Position numbers and translations under genes: made by a program. The notes under the pieces were generated by a model that was not told the DNA's origin, did not search any database, and worked only from the letters and a program-made list of their open reading frames with translations. 48,462 nt of DNA from Paramecium tetraurelia. Taxonomy: Eukaryota. Below, piece by piece: positions 25,627 through 38,524 of the stretch (positions are counted from its first letter, which is position 1; every line of letters begins with the position of its first letter). The stretch spans positions 186,001 through 234,462 of the forward strand of contig CT868043.1 in the NCBI GenBank assembly GCA_000165425.1. Reading direction: 5' to 3'.

Positions 25627-27866
25627 ATGGCAGGAAAAGAAGCAACTTTAGTATTATTGGATGTGGGTGCCTCAATGTATGAACCATACAAGTAGGCTCA
25701 AGGAAAGAATATCACAAGATTGGAATTAGCTGTTGATTGTATAGGAATGATGATCTAATAAAAAATCTTTAATTACAAAAATCATGAAGTCGGATTGGTT
25801 CTGTTTGGAACAGAAGAGGCTGAGGACGGGAATACTTTTTATATTTAAGTAATGTCGCCCCCAGATCTAGAATTCTATAGAAATCTGACAGAATTACCAA
25901 ATCACGACGTTCCTAAAATAAAGGGCGGAGATATTTTTGATGCATTGGATAAAGCAGTTAGTACTTTGGATGAATACGTAAAGGCGAAGAAGATGGAAAA
26001 GAAGATATTTGTACTAACAGCAGGGTTCGGATAGACAGATTATAATGAGAAAAAAATAGGAAAGTTAATTAAGATGATTGAAAAAGTAGATGTGAAAATC
26101 AATTTCATAGCCATGGATTTTATGAATGAATATGATGTTGAATTGGATGATCCGACCAAACCTGAGAATTAAGCTACCTTAAATGATCGAATGCTTAATG
26201 CTGTCTACTAACATTAAGAACAATCAATAAATTCTCGTTTGATTTATTAAATGGTTTAAGAACTTAGGAATCATATGAGAATATTTCCAGCCAATATTGC
26301 ATTTGAATTATATTCACAATTTCATACAAAATAAATGCAAGCAAGAGCATCATTTAGAGGAGATTTCTAAATAAATGATGAAACATCCATTTAAGTATTA
26401 ATCTATAAGCGATGTGCAGAGGATAGATTACCTAGTTTAAAGAAACATTCAGCTATTGGAGAATATAGTAGTGAGCCAACTAGAAACATTGTTAGAAATG
26501 ACAGTATTCATTACAATCCAGAAGATCCCAATATGAATCCTATTGAGAGGGAAAATATCATTAAGGGCTATCAATATGGAAGAAACTTAATTCCTGTTGA
26601 TAGTCTCATGGAAGAGAAGATGAAGTATTAATGTAATAGATCATTTTAATTGCTTGGTTTCGTAGAGAGATCTTAAATCCCTCGACATTATTTCATATTC
26701 AATGTAGATATGGTGATAGCTATTGATTGTGAAAAGGCTAGGAAATCATTGTCTGCATTGATAATCGCTTTGATTGCCACTAAAAAAGTTGCAATTGCAA
26801 GATTCGTTGGTAGATAAAAATCTTCTCCTAAATTAATGTTGTTATTGCCCCATAAATCAAAGAGTTATTAATGTTTCTGGATGATTTCTTTACCCACTTC
26901 TGAAGATATTAGACATTTCCAATTCTCTACTTTAAGAAAGTCCACTCCGAATTAATAATCAGCAGTAGCTACGTTGATTGATAAAATGAATTTAGAGACT
27001 ATCCCAAATGAATCAGGAGAGCCAGAGGAACTATTAAAAATGAAATACATTGCAAATCCAACTAGACAATATTTCTAATAAGTGGTTATGCATAAAGCCA
27101 TTACAAGAACCGATGTCATCCCTCCAATCTCACCTTTAATTCTTGATTACTTGCATCCTGAAAGGAGAGTATATAATTATGCCTAAGATGCTATACAGAG
27201 AGTGAAAAATGCATTTAAATTCAAAGTAAACGATATCAAGAAGCCGTAAGATAAAAAGGTATTTTGGAAGTAATTATTTGATGAATAAACTGCATAATAA
27301 TAGGTTCCAGAATAGATAGAGGAGGAAATAGTAGAAATCAATAGAGAAGAGGAAGAGATGGTTAACATGTTTGCTAAATAGAAGTTTGGATTCAATGATG
27401 ATATAATATAAGAAATAGGTTCTGTGGATCCTATCTCTGATTTTAAGAAAATGATCACTGAAAAAAGGGTTGATTTAGTCGACTCTGCTCTTCAATAAAT
27501 TCAGAAGGTTATTAATGCACTAGTTGATTAATCAGTGAAGGGAAGTTTCTTCCCTAAGGCTTTGGAATGCTTAAAGGAGATGAGGAAGGCTTGTATTTCA
27601 GAAGATGAAGCTCCTGTTTTCAATAAGTTCCTATTTGTATTAAAGGACAAATACAATCAGTAATTATTTTGGGCTCAGATAGTGCAATAAGGAATCACTT
27701 TGATCAGTGATATTGAAAATCATAAATCCTCTGTCACTGCTGAGGAGGCTTAAGATGTATATATGATTGTAATAGTTAGTTCTTGAACAAGGAAGATAAT
27801 AAACATTAGTAAATGGTGGACTAATTACAAAATGAGGAAGAAGACTTGCTAGCTGATATTGAATGA
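25627..27866 (+). CDS. KU80: Ku80 (XRCC5) non-homologous end joining DNA end-binding subunit, 738 aa, one 23-nt intron (27757-27779)
   Basis: vWA start MAGKEATLVLLDVGASM...HEVGLVLFGTE and GDIFDALDKA. Ku core IIKGYQYGRNLIPV, FQLLGF, VAIARFV, MISLPTSEDIRHFQF and IANPTRQYF. C-terminal domain KALECLKEMRKACI...GITLI and terminal EEEDLLADIE, which resembles the PIKK-binding tail. Confidence 0.96.
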
Positions 27867-27914
27867 TTATAATAATTTATAAGAATCAAAAATTAAGTCA
27901 TTGATTTACAAATA

Positions 27915-28403
27915 TCAGCATGATTCCAACTATTATCTTAAGCCCGGTAATTAATTGAATAATTGTAATTTGAAATTGGGAAGCCTGTTAATGGCACCAC
28001 CTTATTTCTGTTATATGATAAATTTAGGATTAATCTATGAAACGGGCATTTGACTATGTATCTCATATGGCACTTCTTGTTCTTAGTAATGTAATATTTT
28101 ATAACCGAGACGAGATTCCTTAGGAGAAGTGATCAAATTTCTCTTTCTGTTTGGAGTTCTTGCACATCCTGTACTACTCCTACAAGTATAATTGTGATTC
28201 CTCATTGTGTTGGCATCCTCAGGTACTGATAATAACAGCACTGGTTTTGAGAAATGCAAAATGTTCATTTATTGTGTTTTCTTAGTTGGAATATAGTTAG
28301 TTCTCTTTCTATCGGTTTCAACTGTCTTTGGCTTAGCCTATCTAAAGAATTTCACAATGGCATTTGGTTTAATGAAAAAATTGGAATCATTTTGTATAAA
28401 CAT
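27915..28403 (-). CDS. Hypothetical protein, 162 aa, basic and low-complexity
   Basis: Open 489-nt code 6 frame MFIQNDSNFFIKP...QQLESC-TGA with no recognisable domain. The true start could be the downstream ATG near 28268. Confidence 0.6.
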
Positions 28404-28410
28404 TATTTAT

Positions 28411-31400
28411 ATGAATTATTAGATTAAGGGAAACATTAACTATCACCTTGATATTATTGCTTCTCAATTAAATGAAAGTTCCAATATCACTATCAATGCA
28501 TTTACATCCAAAAACACAAAAATACCTATTGGGTGCAAATTTCAATGGTTCAAAATATGTGACACCGAACGCATTAGAATTGAAAGTTAGGGGAATATTT
28601 ATCAATGCAGCATATTCGATATTGGTTATAGAATAGAAGCTAATGTGCAATCATTTGAATCTGGATAAGAAGGGTAAGCAATTGTGGAATTTCAAAAAAT
28701 TCAAATTTCCTCTCAATTGGAAATCAAGCTTTCCCAATTATATCATAATAACATGAAGTAACCTAACGGATAAACTTAGATAATAAATCATAGCCAACGA
28801 TTAAAATTGGATATTCTCTCTTGATTGTTTAGAAAATAGTACATAGCAATAAAAAATCATGTATTCTGATTAATAGTTGCTTCCAAGTTAGAACCAACTT
28901 TAAGCACATTTTATGAATCAGACTTTGAAATTCAAAAGCAAAGAGGATAAAGGTATCCATAAATATTCATTTAGATTCATTTTGTGCTTTTTTTGTTTGT
29001 ATGTAAGCTTTAAGAAGAGTTCATATCAAATTCATAGCGTATAATATTGGCAAAATGAATCAGAAGCAAGTCAACTTTTAATAACTATTGAATTCTCAAT
29101 TGTAATAATTGATCAATGAAAAAACTTAATATGGCCCTAAGAAACTTGAGATCCAATAGACCAATCTCTAATTGCCATCTAGTTCAGATCAGAGAACAAC
29201 CATTTAAATAAATCAATTAAGGTAAGAAATTACGTAGTTATAAAATGAGAAACAGAAGCAATAGTAATCGATTGATAAATTAAGTAGAGAGAACAAAGAA
29301 TTAGGTAATTTGTAATAAATAATGTAGAATCAAATTAAAGATAACAGACATCTTCTAAAGATCAAATAGAAAGTTTGGATAGACTAATACAATCTCTGAA
29401 GAATGAAGTATTCTCCTTGAAGTAGAGAGAAACTGATTTAATGAATTAAAATGCAAGATTGACCATAGTGTTGAATGAGAAGAATGAAAGATTTGAAAAC
29501 TCATTATCATAGTCATAAATCTTAGACAATTATCAGATTAAACAATATTAGGAATTGCTAACTGAATCAAACCAAGACAAATTAAAATTACAGGATGAAT
29601 TAAGCAAAGTCTAAAAATAAACTCATTAGTAAAAATCAAATTTAAATATTGAATTTGAGAGAGAAAAACTCATCTCAACAAATCAAAAACTGATGCAAGA
29701 GATTTAAAGTTAAACTAAAACCATAAATGAATTATAAATTGAAATTGAAATGCTCAAGAATATGAGTCGTATCTCTATGAATATGTCATAAATATAAGAT
29801 CCTATAGTATAAACTAAACTTGATTAAATCGAATAAGAAAATGTTTATCTCCAAAAAAAAATTGAGATTCTAGAGGATGAATTACAAAAAAAGAAGACAC
29901 AAAAACCTTAAAAACAGCAATTGGATAAAGATTTATAAATATAACAATTATGTGATGCAAATAAAAGATATTTAAATGAAAATATCAAATTGTATGAAGA
30001 AATTAGATCAATCAGGGAGAGATTAGACATTTCACAAATTATGAATTCATCTATTAAAAATTCAAATGTGCATGAGAACATTCTAAGTAATCAATTAGAA
30101 TAATAAATTGAATAAATGTCATCCATGCATAATCTAGAAATGCAATAACTTAAAAAAAAACTTGAAAAAGCTACAACTGATTTACAGGATGCATTCGTAT
30201 CCAAAAAACAATAGGAATAATTGGAAAAGTAAAATAAGAGATTAGCTGAAGAAAATCTTTATTTGTAAGAGTAAATTAAGAATCTGGCAGATCTTAATAC
30301 TTCAAAATCATTCTCTGTTAATATGACAAATATCATTTGCAGTGATCAATATAAATAACTTGAAGAGTAATTGAATATTTAGAAGAGAAGATTCTAGGAA
30401 GTTTAATCAAGATTAGATTTCTAGTTACAAAGAGATGCTCAATAATAAGAAAAAATTAAGCAATTTGAGGTAGAACTACTAAAATACTAAAGCCAAGTCT
30501 AAAAAGTAGATAAGTTAGAGAATAAATTATTGCCAGATGACTTATACAAGGAAAACAAATAAATTGATTAAGAATTGACTATTTTGATCTAAGAAAAAGA
30601 ATACCATACTTCAAAGATCAAACAATAAGATAATTAGATTTTTGAATTAAAATAAAAGGTTATGTAGTTATAAGAAGAGAATCGAACACTCAGGCTATTT
30701 CCATAAAGTGCTGAAACTCAAATGAAATAGTAAATAGCATAGTTGCAGCTATAGAATCAAAATTTAACTGAATAGATGTTGAAATTGTAAAATCAATAAA
30801 ATATCTTTAAAGATCTAAGCCAAAGTCATATCTCAATGAATGAAAGCATTTTTGAGTCCAAGATATATGAGGGCAAGGAGTATAAACTTTTAGAGAATCA
30901 AAAAGAATTACTTCATCTTGAAAATCAATAATTAAAAAAATAAATTAATAAAGATTAATTAGTTTAATAAGAAAACTAAGAGCTAAAGCATTTACTTGAA
31001 AAAGCTAGAGCTCAGTTTAATGATAAAATTTAATCTCTTTAATAAGAACTATAGAGCAAAATAGCAAATAATGAGAAGCTATCTCTCGAAATTGATAGAT
31101 TAAATAATATGAAGTCAGGTCAGGATTATGTGTAATCTACTTATGAAGATTCATTAGTCAAAAGTTTAAAACTACAAATTCTTGCTCTTTAATAAGAAAA
31201 TAGCAAATTAATGCAAGATGTTGCAAATTATAGATCAACTATTCAAGATAAATCTATGATTGATCAAATCAATTAGAGCTATTCTAAAAGATAAAACCAA
31301 GATTCAGATGACTCGTAGTAACTCATCAATTAATTAAGAATTTAATTGGCTGAGAAGACTCATCAATTGAAGATAGTTTCAACAAATTATTAATAAAGCA

Positions 31401-33229
31401 ATGAAGATCTTTAATTGATAATTAATAAACTAGGATAAGAGAATTAAAATATTAGCGAAGTTCATAATTCGATCAAGACTAGATTGGAGACATAAATCTC
31501 TAAATTAATCGAACAATTAAAAGATAAAGATTAATAAATCACTCAAATGTCGGTAGGGGTGAGTCCATATGGAAGTTAAAGTAGAATCACGCAATAAGAA
31601 GATGAACTCTAGAAGAAGACTAATTAAATTGAATAATTAATTTAATAAAATAAAGCATAGGCTTTATAAATAAATACTTTATATTTCGAACTCTAAGAAT
31701 TGAAATTGACCACTTCATCTAGATTTGTAAGCAAAGAAGGTAATAGAGAGACAGAATAATAAATAGGAAATCAAAAATTAGAATAGGAGAAGTAACAATA
31801 AAAAATAGTCATTAATGATCTTTTGAGTGAAAATTCAAAATTTTAAGGTACTATCTAAAAGTTGCACAAGGAACTTAATGAATCATAGGTAAAACTATAG
31901 TAAAAGATTGAAGATTGTTAAAAGATATTAAAGGCTTAATAGTCAACCTAGATAGAAATTGAAACCTTAAGAAAGGAAAATCAATCTTTGTCCTTGAAGG
32001 TTCAGGAATAAAAGGTGTAATCTAATTAAGAGATTGATGAATTAAAACTTAAATTACACTAATTAAGTTCATATAGTGTAATTGATGAAAAACAAGAGTA
32101 AATAAAATCCAATTCGATATTGAACTAAACTATTTAATAGTTGTAATAAAAGAATATTGAAATTGAAATGAGATGTAAATAATTATTATTAGAATCTCAG
32201 GATCTCACAGCTTGCATTTAAGAAAAGGATTTTTAACTTAAGTAGTAAGCACAACAAAATAATTGTTTAAGTAAAGAATTAGATAATGAACAGGAGAAGA
32301 GTTAAAATTTTAAGAAAAAGATTTAGGAGTTATAATAATTAATTAGAAACAACGAGAGTGAAAATTAAGAATTATAATTAAAAATTAAAGATCTTGAAAA
32401 TGCATTACTTATTAAGGATAAGACTATATTCAATTAAAATACTTAATTAGTTGAATTTGAAAAACTGATGTCTTTTGATAAAAGTTCTGATTCTTACTTG
32501 ATAACTAAAAGTTTTCATGCTTAATTCAATAATTCATAAGATTATACTGAAAAGATATACTCAGACAATTAAAAAACTGTATTAAATGGTTAGAAACATT
32601 AGAATCACAATGATTTTTAAACAAAAAATAAAATGGACACCATAGAATCAAAGTAGCAAATAGAATTGTAGAATTAAAAGATATCTACAGAATTATAAAT
32701 CTAAACAACAAGAGTGAATGCTTTACAATAAGAATTATAAGCATTCAAAGGGTAAAATTAGAAATTAAATGAATAAATAGTGTAATAAGAAGAATTTATA
32801 CGCTTGTTAAAGTAGAATCAATAACCACAATTGAATACTAGTAATTATAATGGTAGAATGGGACAGGGACAAAGTTAAAATGAAATAATTGATTTGTTGA
32901 AGGTTGAAAATAAGTAGTTGAAGGAATATAATTAAAAATTAGAAAAAGAAGTATAGGAATTTGAAAATTAGAAAATAATATCTTAACAAAAGATGACCAT
33001 TTCTGAATTTCAGTTAATGTAATTCGAATAAGAATAACTTAAAATGCAAAACTCTAAACTTTTAGAAATAGGTATTGATTTTTATAATTTAGTTAAATAA
33101 TAATAGTAATAAATTGATAGATTATCTAAGAGCAATCTCGCTTTAATGGAAGAGAACAATAGATTGAATGACTAGCTTAAAGATGTCCAAAATATAAGTT
33201 ATTATAGTAGTGACTCATAAATTCATTGA
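28411..33229 (+). CDS. Giant coiled-coil protein (~1583 aa) with an N-terminal Ig-like (AIR9 A9/SCAB-type) domain, 3 tiny introns
   Basis: N-terminus has CKFQWFKI...GNIYQCSIFDIGYRIEANVQS, followed by >1200 aa of Q/E/K/L heptad-rich sequence. Introns at ~28758-28779, 28953-28974 and 29305-29327 give a spliced length divisible by 3. Confidence 0.8.
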
Positions 33230-33789
33230 AATAGACTGACATATAAAGTTATTTCAATTATACATTGATATTATTTTATATTTCACATAAGTATTGTTTT
33301 ATAGTATTCTACTATTTGTATTGCTGATAAAAAATATGTAAACTAATTTAATTTGATATATTGATATTTTATTATTTCTCATTGTTACAATTTTAATTTC
33401 AATCTTTTTGGATCTAATATATTTTTAAAGTATTTATTATTTTAGATTTAACCTTTCTGGTTATGCTTCTACTATTAAAATCCATATTATTTTCTTTTAT
33501 GTAAATATTGTGAATCTTATTGTATTTTGAATTTCCTATGGCGATTGATCATCATCTCTTAGTTTCTCTACTCCACTTAATTCTTGATATTACTTTATAA
33601 CCCAATTATGTGTTTTATAGATTAATAATGTTGAATGTGAGAGATTCTCTGATAATCATATAAAAGATGACATAGAGTTTTAATTAAGGAGAAAACACCT
33701 GAAATTTATCAATTCGTTTTTATATGAGTATTGCTTAAAGTAACAAACTTCATATCTTTAAATTCATTGAATTTAATAATTATTTTATT

Positions 33790-36700
33790 ATGTTTGAAAG
33801 TAAGAGCGATTTGATAGTTGAAAACTGTTTGAAACATTAAGTGCCGGATAATTTGGAGGAATTCAGTTTTCAAATAGAGGAGTGGATGTACAAGCAAAAA
33901 TCAAACAGAGCCTTATTTATTAGTGAGGAGGATGGAAACGATATTTAATTTTTGATATCTCATTGGATAAAGAAAATGAATGTAAACATAGAGAATGCAT
34001 GATTTAGAAAGATTTGATTATACCCTATTTCGTAGAACATGAAAACTAGAATTATCACCATGCAATATATTATGTGTTATCTAGATTGAAAGTATATTGG
34101 TTGTTAATTGAAAATAGGCATAGTTCAATATTTCACAGAGGGTGGAAATAGAAGGTGAGAAATTAAAGTAGTTCTTTTAATATTGGTTAGAATTCTATAA
34201 TAGGGAATTGCAAAATCAAGTCTTTTGTGAAGCCAAATGTGTGTATAAGAGAGTACCAAATTATTATAAAATCAAGCTAATTCTAATCTTTTAGGGTATC
34301 GATCGATTCAGAGATTCAAATGGAGAAGTGAGAGTATCCTATTGGTTACCCAAAGTTCTCCCAGAAAACATCAAGGTGATAGTCACTGGTAAAACTGATT
34401 CAAAGGCATTTGAATATTACAAGACTTAAGGTGGATCGATTATAAATATGTAAATTTGAACATTATGCAAGTGATTGGAGTAAGAATGAATACTTGGAAC
34501 GCCTAATTACATTTGATTCTCTCTATGTAAAAATACATTTTCATAGATATTAGCGAATGTATAGGAAACTGCCTCGTAAATTATAAGAATAAACTCTCTT
34601 TAGTATGAGTTTCGAAGCCATCTTAACGAATTCGGCAGATGAATTTCAAAGCATCAACAAAGATATCTTTATGCATCTTGAAAGTAAGGGTATTTCAACT
34701 AGAAGTAGATGTTAAATAAGAGAGTGACTTTTATAATTTATTGATCTCTGCTTTTTTGAAATACTATCCAGAAATACATTATTCATAAATGTTAAATGTT
34801 TTAACATATGTCTTTAAAGGTATTTCCATTGAAGAAATTGTCTTAATTTGCAATTGTGAGAAATAACATTTCTTGATTATTTATGAATTTTTCAAAGTAA
34901 CCGTGTCTAATATTATATAGGTCTTTTTGATGGAGAAACAACAGATTTATTGTATATTTAGTTTGGTTTTCAAAAACGTCTTGAGTGGTTATTTTCCCCA
35001 CAATAAGACGTTATTCTAATCTTTCATAATGGTAATTGAACATTCACTGAATTCGATAAGGAAATTGGAAGAATTGATATATCAATATTCTAAAGGGAAG
35101 AGATATTTCAAGTTGAAGGAAGTGCTGATTAATATTGAGAGTTTTTTATTATATTGCACTCCCTATCATAAATTTGAGTTGTGTCATCTATGGCAGACTC
35201 TGGAGTAGAATGGCTACGATTTGGTGATGGAATACAATAAGGCAGTCGATAATTTCTAGGCCTTTTACAAACCTACAAACGAAGGGTTGTTTTATATAAT
35301 CCTACAGATCAGCAGGTTTCTGAGGGAGTATAGTATTTTTGAGAAGTAATTAATGTCAATAATGATTGTAGCGATCATACACCACCTTACAAACACCCAT
35401 AGTTAAGGGGACAATCAATTGATTTTGATGAGATAGGATTGTATAATGAATTGAAGGAGTTAAAGATGATAGCTAAGAAAAAGAAGAAGATAATGAACGA
35501 AGAATACTTTGCTTCTTAGATCACTAATATTGACACTCTGAATATGGATATTAAGGCGAATCGAGATTATTTTATCAATTATTATATGAGTCAATTTGAT
35601 TAAGGGTTAGTGTAAGAATATATCAATACTAAATAAGAAAATGTGTTAGATAAAATAATAAGGAATACAAGAAATCAACAATTCTATTATTATAAAAGAT
35701 GGGTTTGGGTGTAATTTCCTTGGCTCTCATTAACTCAGAAGAACAATTACTCAAAATTAATGGAGTAGTACAGCATCAATAACATGCCTCTCCAGGATGA
35801 GTTGTAACTCAACCAGAAGGCAATCAAATTGGCTTAAATTGCCAAACAGACATAGCAAATGAAGGAGCATAATAGTAATAATGTGAGTGAGCTTTTTTAG
35901 CATCGAAATTACCATCGATAAACTCGAGTATCAGATTAAGAAGGTATAGTCCATTGGAGATATCGAGAATCACTAACATTCCAAAGACTAGGGCAGACTC
36001 TGAACATACCAAATCGACTGAGAGGAGTGTAAAGAAATGCACATTGCCCAGCATATAGAAGATGTAATATCAAAAGAAGTTAGATTAAATTGTTTACTAA
36101 AAGTATAATTGGTATCACTATTATTTTAGTTAGGTTTTGAAGAATCGATTGAAGGAGTACAAAACAATTCGATAGAATCTGTATCCAGATGAGTTGAGTG
36201 CTGAGACTCAGAAGGCTCTTGAAACTACTAAGAAATAATCCGAAGAGTTGAAGAAACAACAGGAGAACTTATAGGTAATCCAACAAGAAATGAAGAGAAT
36301 CAATATCATTTGGAAGTTATGTCAATAAAATCAGGATTGCAACGATAGGGCTTAGTAATTGGTATAGCATTCTAAGAATTTGGATCGATTGATTTAAGAG
36401 TAAGTGATTTGGGTCAAAGATTGCAATGAGAAATTAGGAGAGATTAAGTTAAAACAGAAGATCGAGTTGAAGAAACAATAAGTGGAGAAGAAATAACAAT
36501 AATAATAATAGTAATAGTAATCATAAAGAAGATTTACCTTCATCTAAAACATGCCAACATCTGCAGGGATATTATCTAACATTGATACTTCTTATATTTA
36601 AGATACCAACAAAAAACAATTATAAATTAGCAGTAGTCTCATCAATGAGACCAGCGATACCAGAATTAAGTTTGTAAGGTTGAAGACTGGAAAGGTGGAA

Positions 36701-37166
36701 GATCCATTAGATTCTCACACTTAGGAACTTGTTTCATAATTACTTGATTTAGGCATTGAAAATCTCAATAAAAACAAATCTAAAGTGATAGAGTTTTGTG
36801 ATATGATCACTAAAAATGATGAATTGCAACTAGAAATATAGAACAGAGAATAACGGTTGATGCAATTGAGAAATAGCAAATAAGAACTAATGATCTTTGT
36901 CAAGGTAATTCTTCAATGGAAATTAGATATTGCAAACACAAAAGAAACCCAAAACAACAACCAGTAGTGACCAGTACTATTCTAGCTATCAATAGGATGA
37001 TGTGATCAGATAAAATGATTACAAAATTCAGAACTTAAAACAATTACAACAACACTTGGCTGTCATCAAATTCTATAATAACAATCTACATCAATTATTT
37101 CAATCTATACAAAAGACGGATCACAATATTTCATAAATTACTCAACTTTTGCAGAAGATGATATGA
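33790..37166 (+). CDS. NACHT/STAND-like (NPHP3/TTC41/TEP1-type) protein with degenerate NTPase motifs and C-terminal coiled coil; many tiny introns
   Basis: Carries LILIFQGIDRF (Walker B position), WLPKVLPENIKVIVT and RKLEELIYQY...LKEVLINIESF...ELCHLWQTL, then a coiled coil with a TAA/TAG-encoded poly-Q (~36490-36520). It ends LLQKMI-TGA. Not every intron boundary was resolved. Confidence 0.7.
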
Positions 37167-37194
37167 ATTATTATATAAAAATACTTTTCATTAT

Positions 37195-38372
37195 ATGAGA
37201 GATAATCGAGAAAGAGCTAATACTCAAGTCGATAATAATTCGTATGAGGACATCATCAAGAAATACAAGAACATAAGTCCCACCAGCAATATGTCAACCT
37301 AATTGGAGTCTATCGAGGAAGATGAAGTTCCCTCAAATTTTTCAATTGACTAGATGGAAAAGGAAACAGAGAAAAATTAATTTCTCAGGAAAGCCAACGA
37401 CTTGGATCTTGTCAATCAAAATGAATGTAATCATACTAGAATATTACATTAGCAATCTTTAGATGTACCTTGAGTGATGATAAATTAAAAGAACTCAAAT
37501 AAGGTAAAAATGAATGTTGTATCTGTCACAAAAGTGCCTCACTTATTCATAAGTTGACACAATGCAAATTCTGTGGTAATGTGGTATGCAAAGAACATGG
37601 AAAAAAGAAAAGAAAGGATCCCAGTAATCCTACCACTTTCAGACGATTGTGTGAAATCTGCGAAGACAAATACATTAGACTCAGTGTAGAAACAGCTTAC
37701 AAATAGAAGAGAGACCAATTGGCTCAATAAGCCTTGGAGTTGGATACCTAATCCAAAAGCCTGTTATAGGATATTAGATCTTTGTAGAATCAGGTTTCTG
37801 AAATCTAATAATAAGGTGTCAAACAATAAGGGGAATACAAGCAGATACAGAATGAACTTATTTTTAAAACGTAGAAATTAGACAATGAAACCAAAGGCTT
37901 TTAGGATGAGAATCTTAAGTTGAAATCGATAATTCAATCCATAAAAAAGGAAATGCTATCATTGAATGAAAGACTCAATGAAAAAAAGATAGATTCTCAA
38001 AAGAAGCAGCATAATTTACATCAAATTGAACAAGAAATTCAATACAATGATATTGAATGCTAAAAAGTTATGTTGGAAATTGAAAAGTTATAATTAACTA
38101 TACAATCCAAAAAACAAAAAGATCAATAACAAAAAATATAATAGAAATCTCAAATTCAAAAATCTGAGGTCAAAAATTATCAGCAATATATTTAAACCGA
38201 TGATTCTACAACTATTTAATAATTCAATCCATATTTAAATAATAATAATAATTTGACAATTAATACCAATTAGAGTATTGAAAACGAACCAGAAAAATCA
38301 GATGAGAAAAAAAAGAAATCCAAGAAGGAATCAGAAGATCGAGAAGAAGGTAGTTGTTGTTCAATCATGTGA
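37195..38372 (+). CDS. FYVE-like zinc finger + coiled-coil protein with polybasic tail and CaaX motif, ~383 aa, intron ~37427-37452
   Basis: CCICHK...QCKFCGNVVCKEH...RRLCEICE, then a coiled coil, ending EKKKKSKKESEDREEGSCCSIM-TGA. Confidence 0.8.
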
Positions 38373-38524
38373 TCATTAACTAAACATATTTATTCTAAAA
38401 TAATAGTATAATTTTATTTATTATCAATTTCATTTTAAGTATTGTCCTTATAATACTATTATATATATATATAAATTATAATAAAGATATAATAATTATG
38501 TTATATAATTAATCTTCATTTTAT

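Noticed and set aside
36490..36525. TAA/TAG trinucleotide run looking like stacked stop codons or a microsatellite
   Set aside because: It is an in-frame poly-glutamine tract under code 6.
38373..38524. AT-only stretch with a short (TA)n run, possible retained IES or hairpin
   Set aside because: It lies between two convergent stop codons, interrupts no gene and shows no convincing inverted TAYAG ends; it is consistent with ordinary 3' UTR/terminator DNA.
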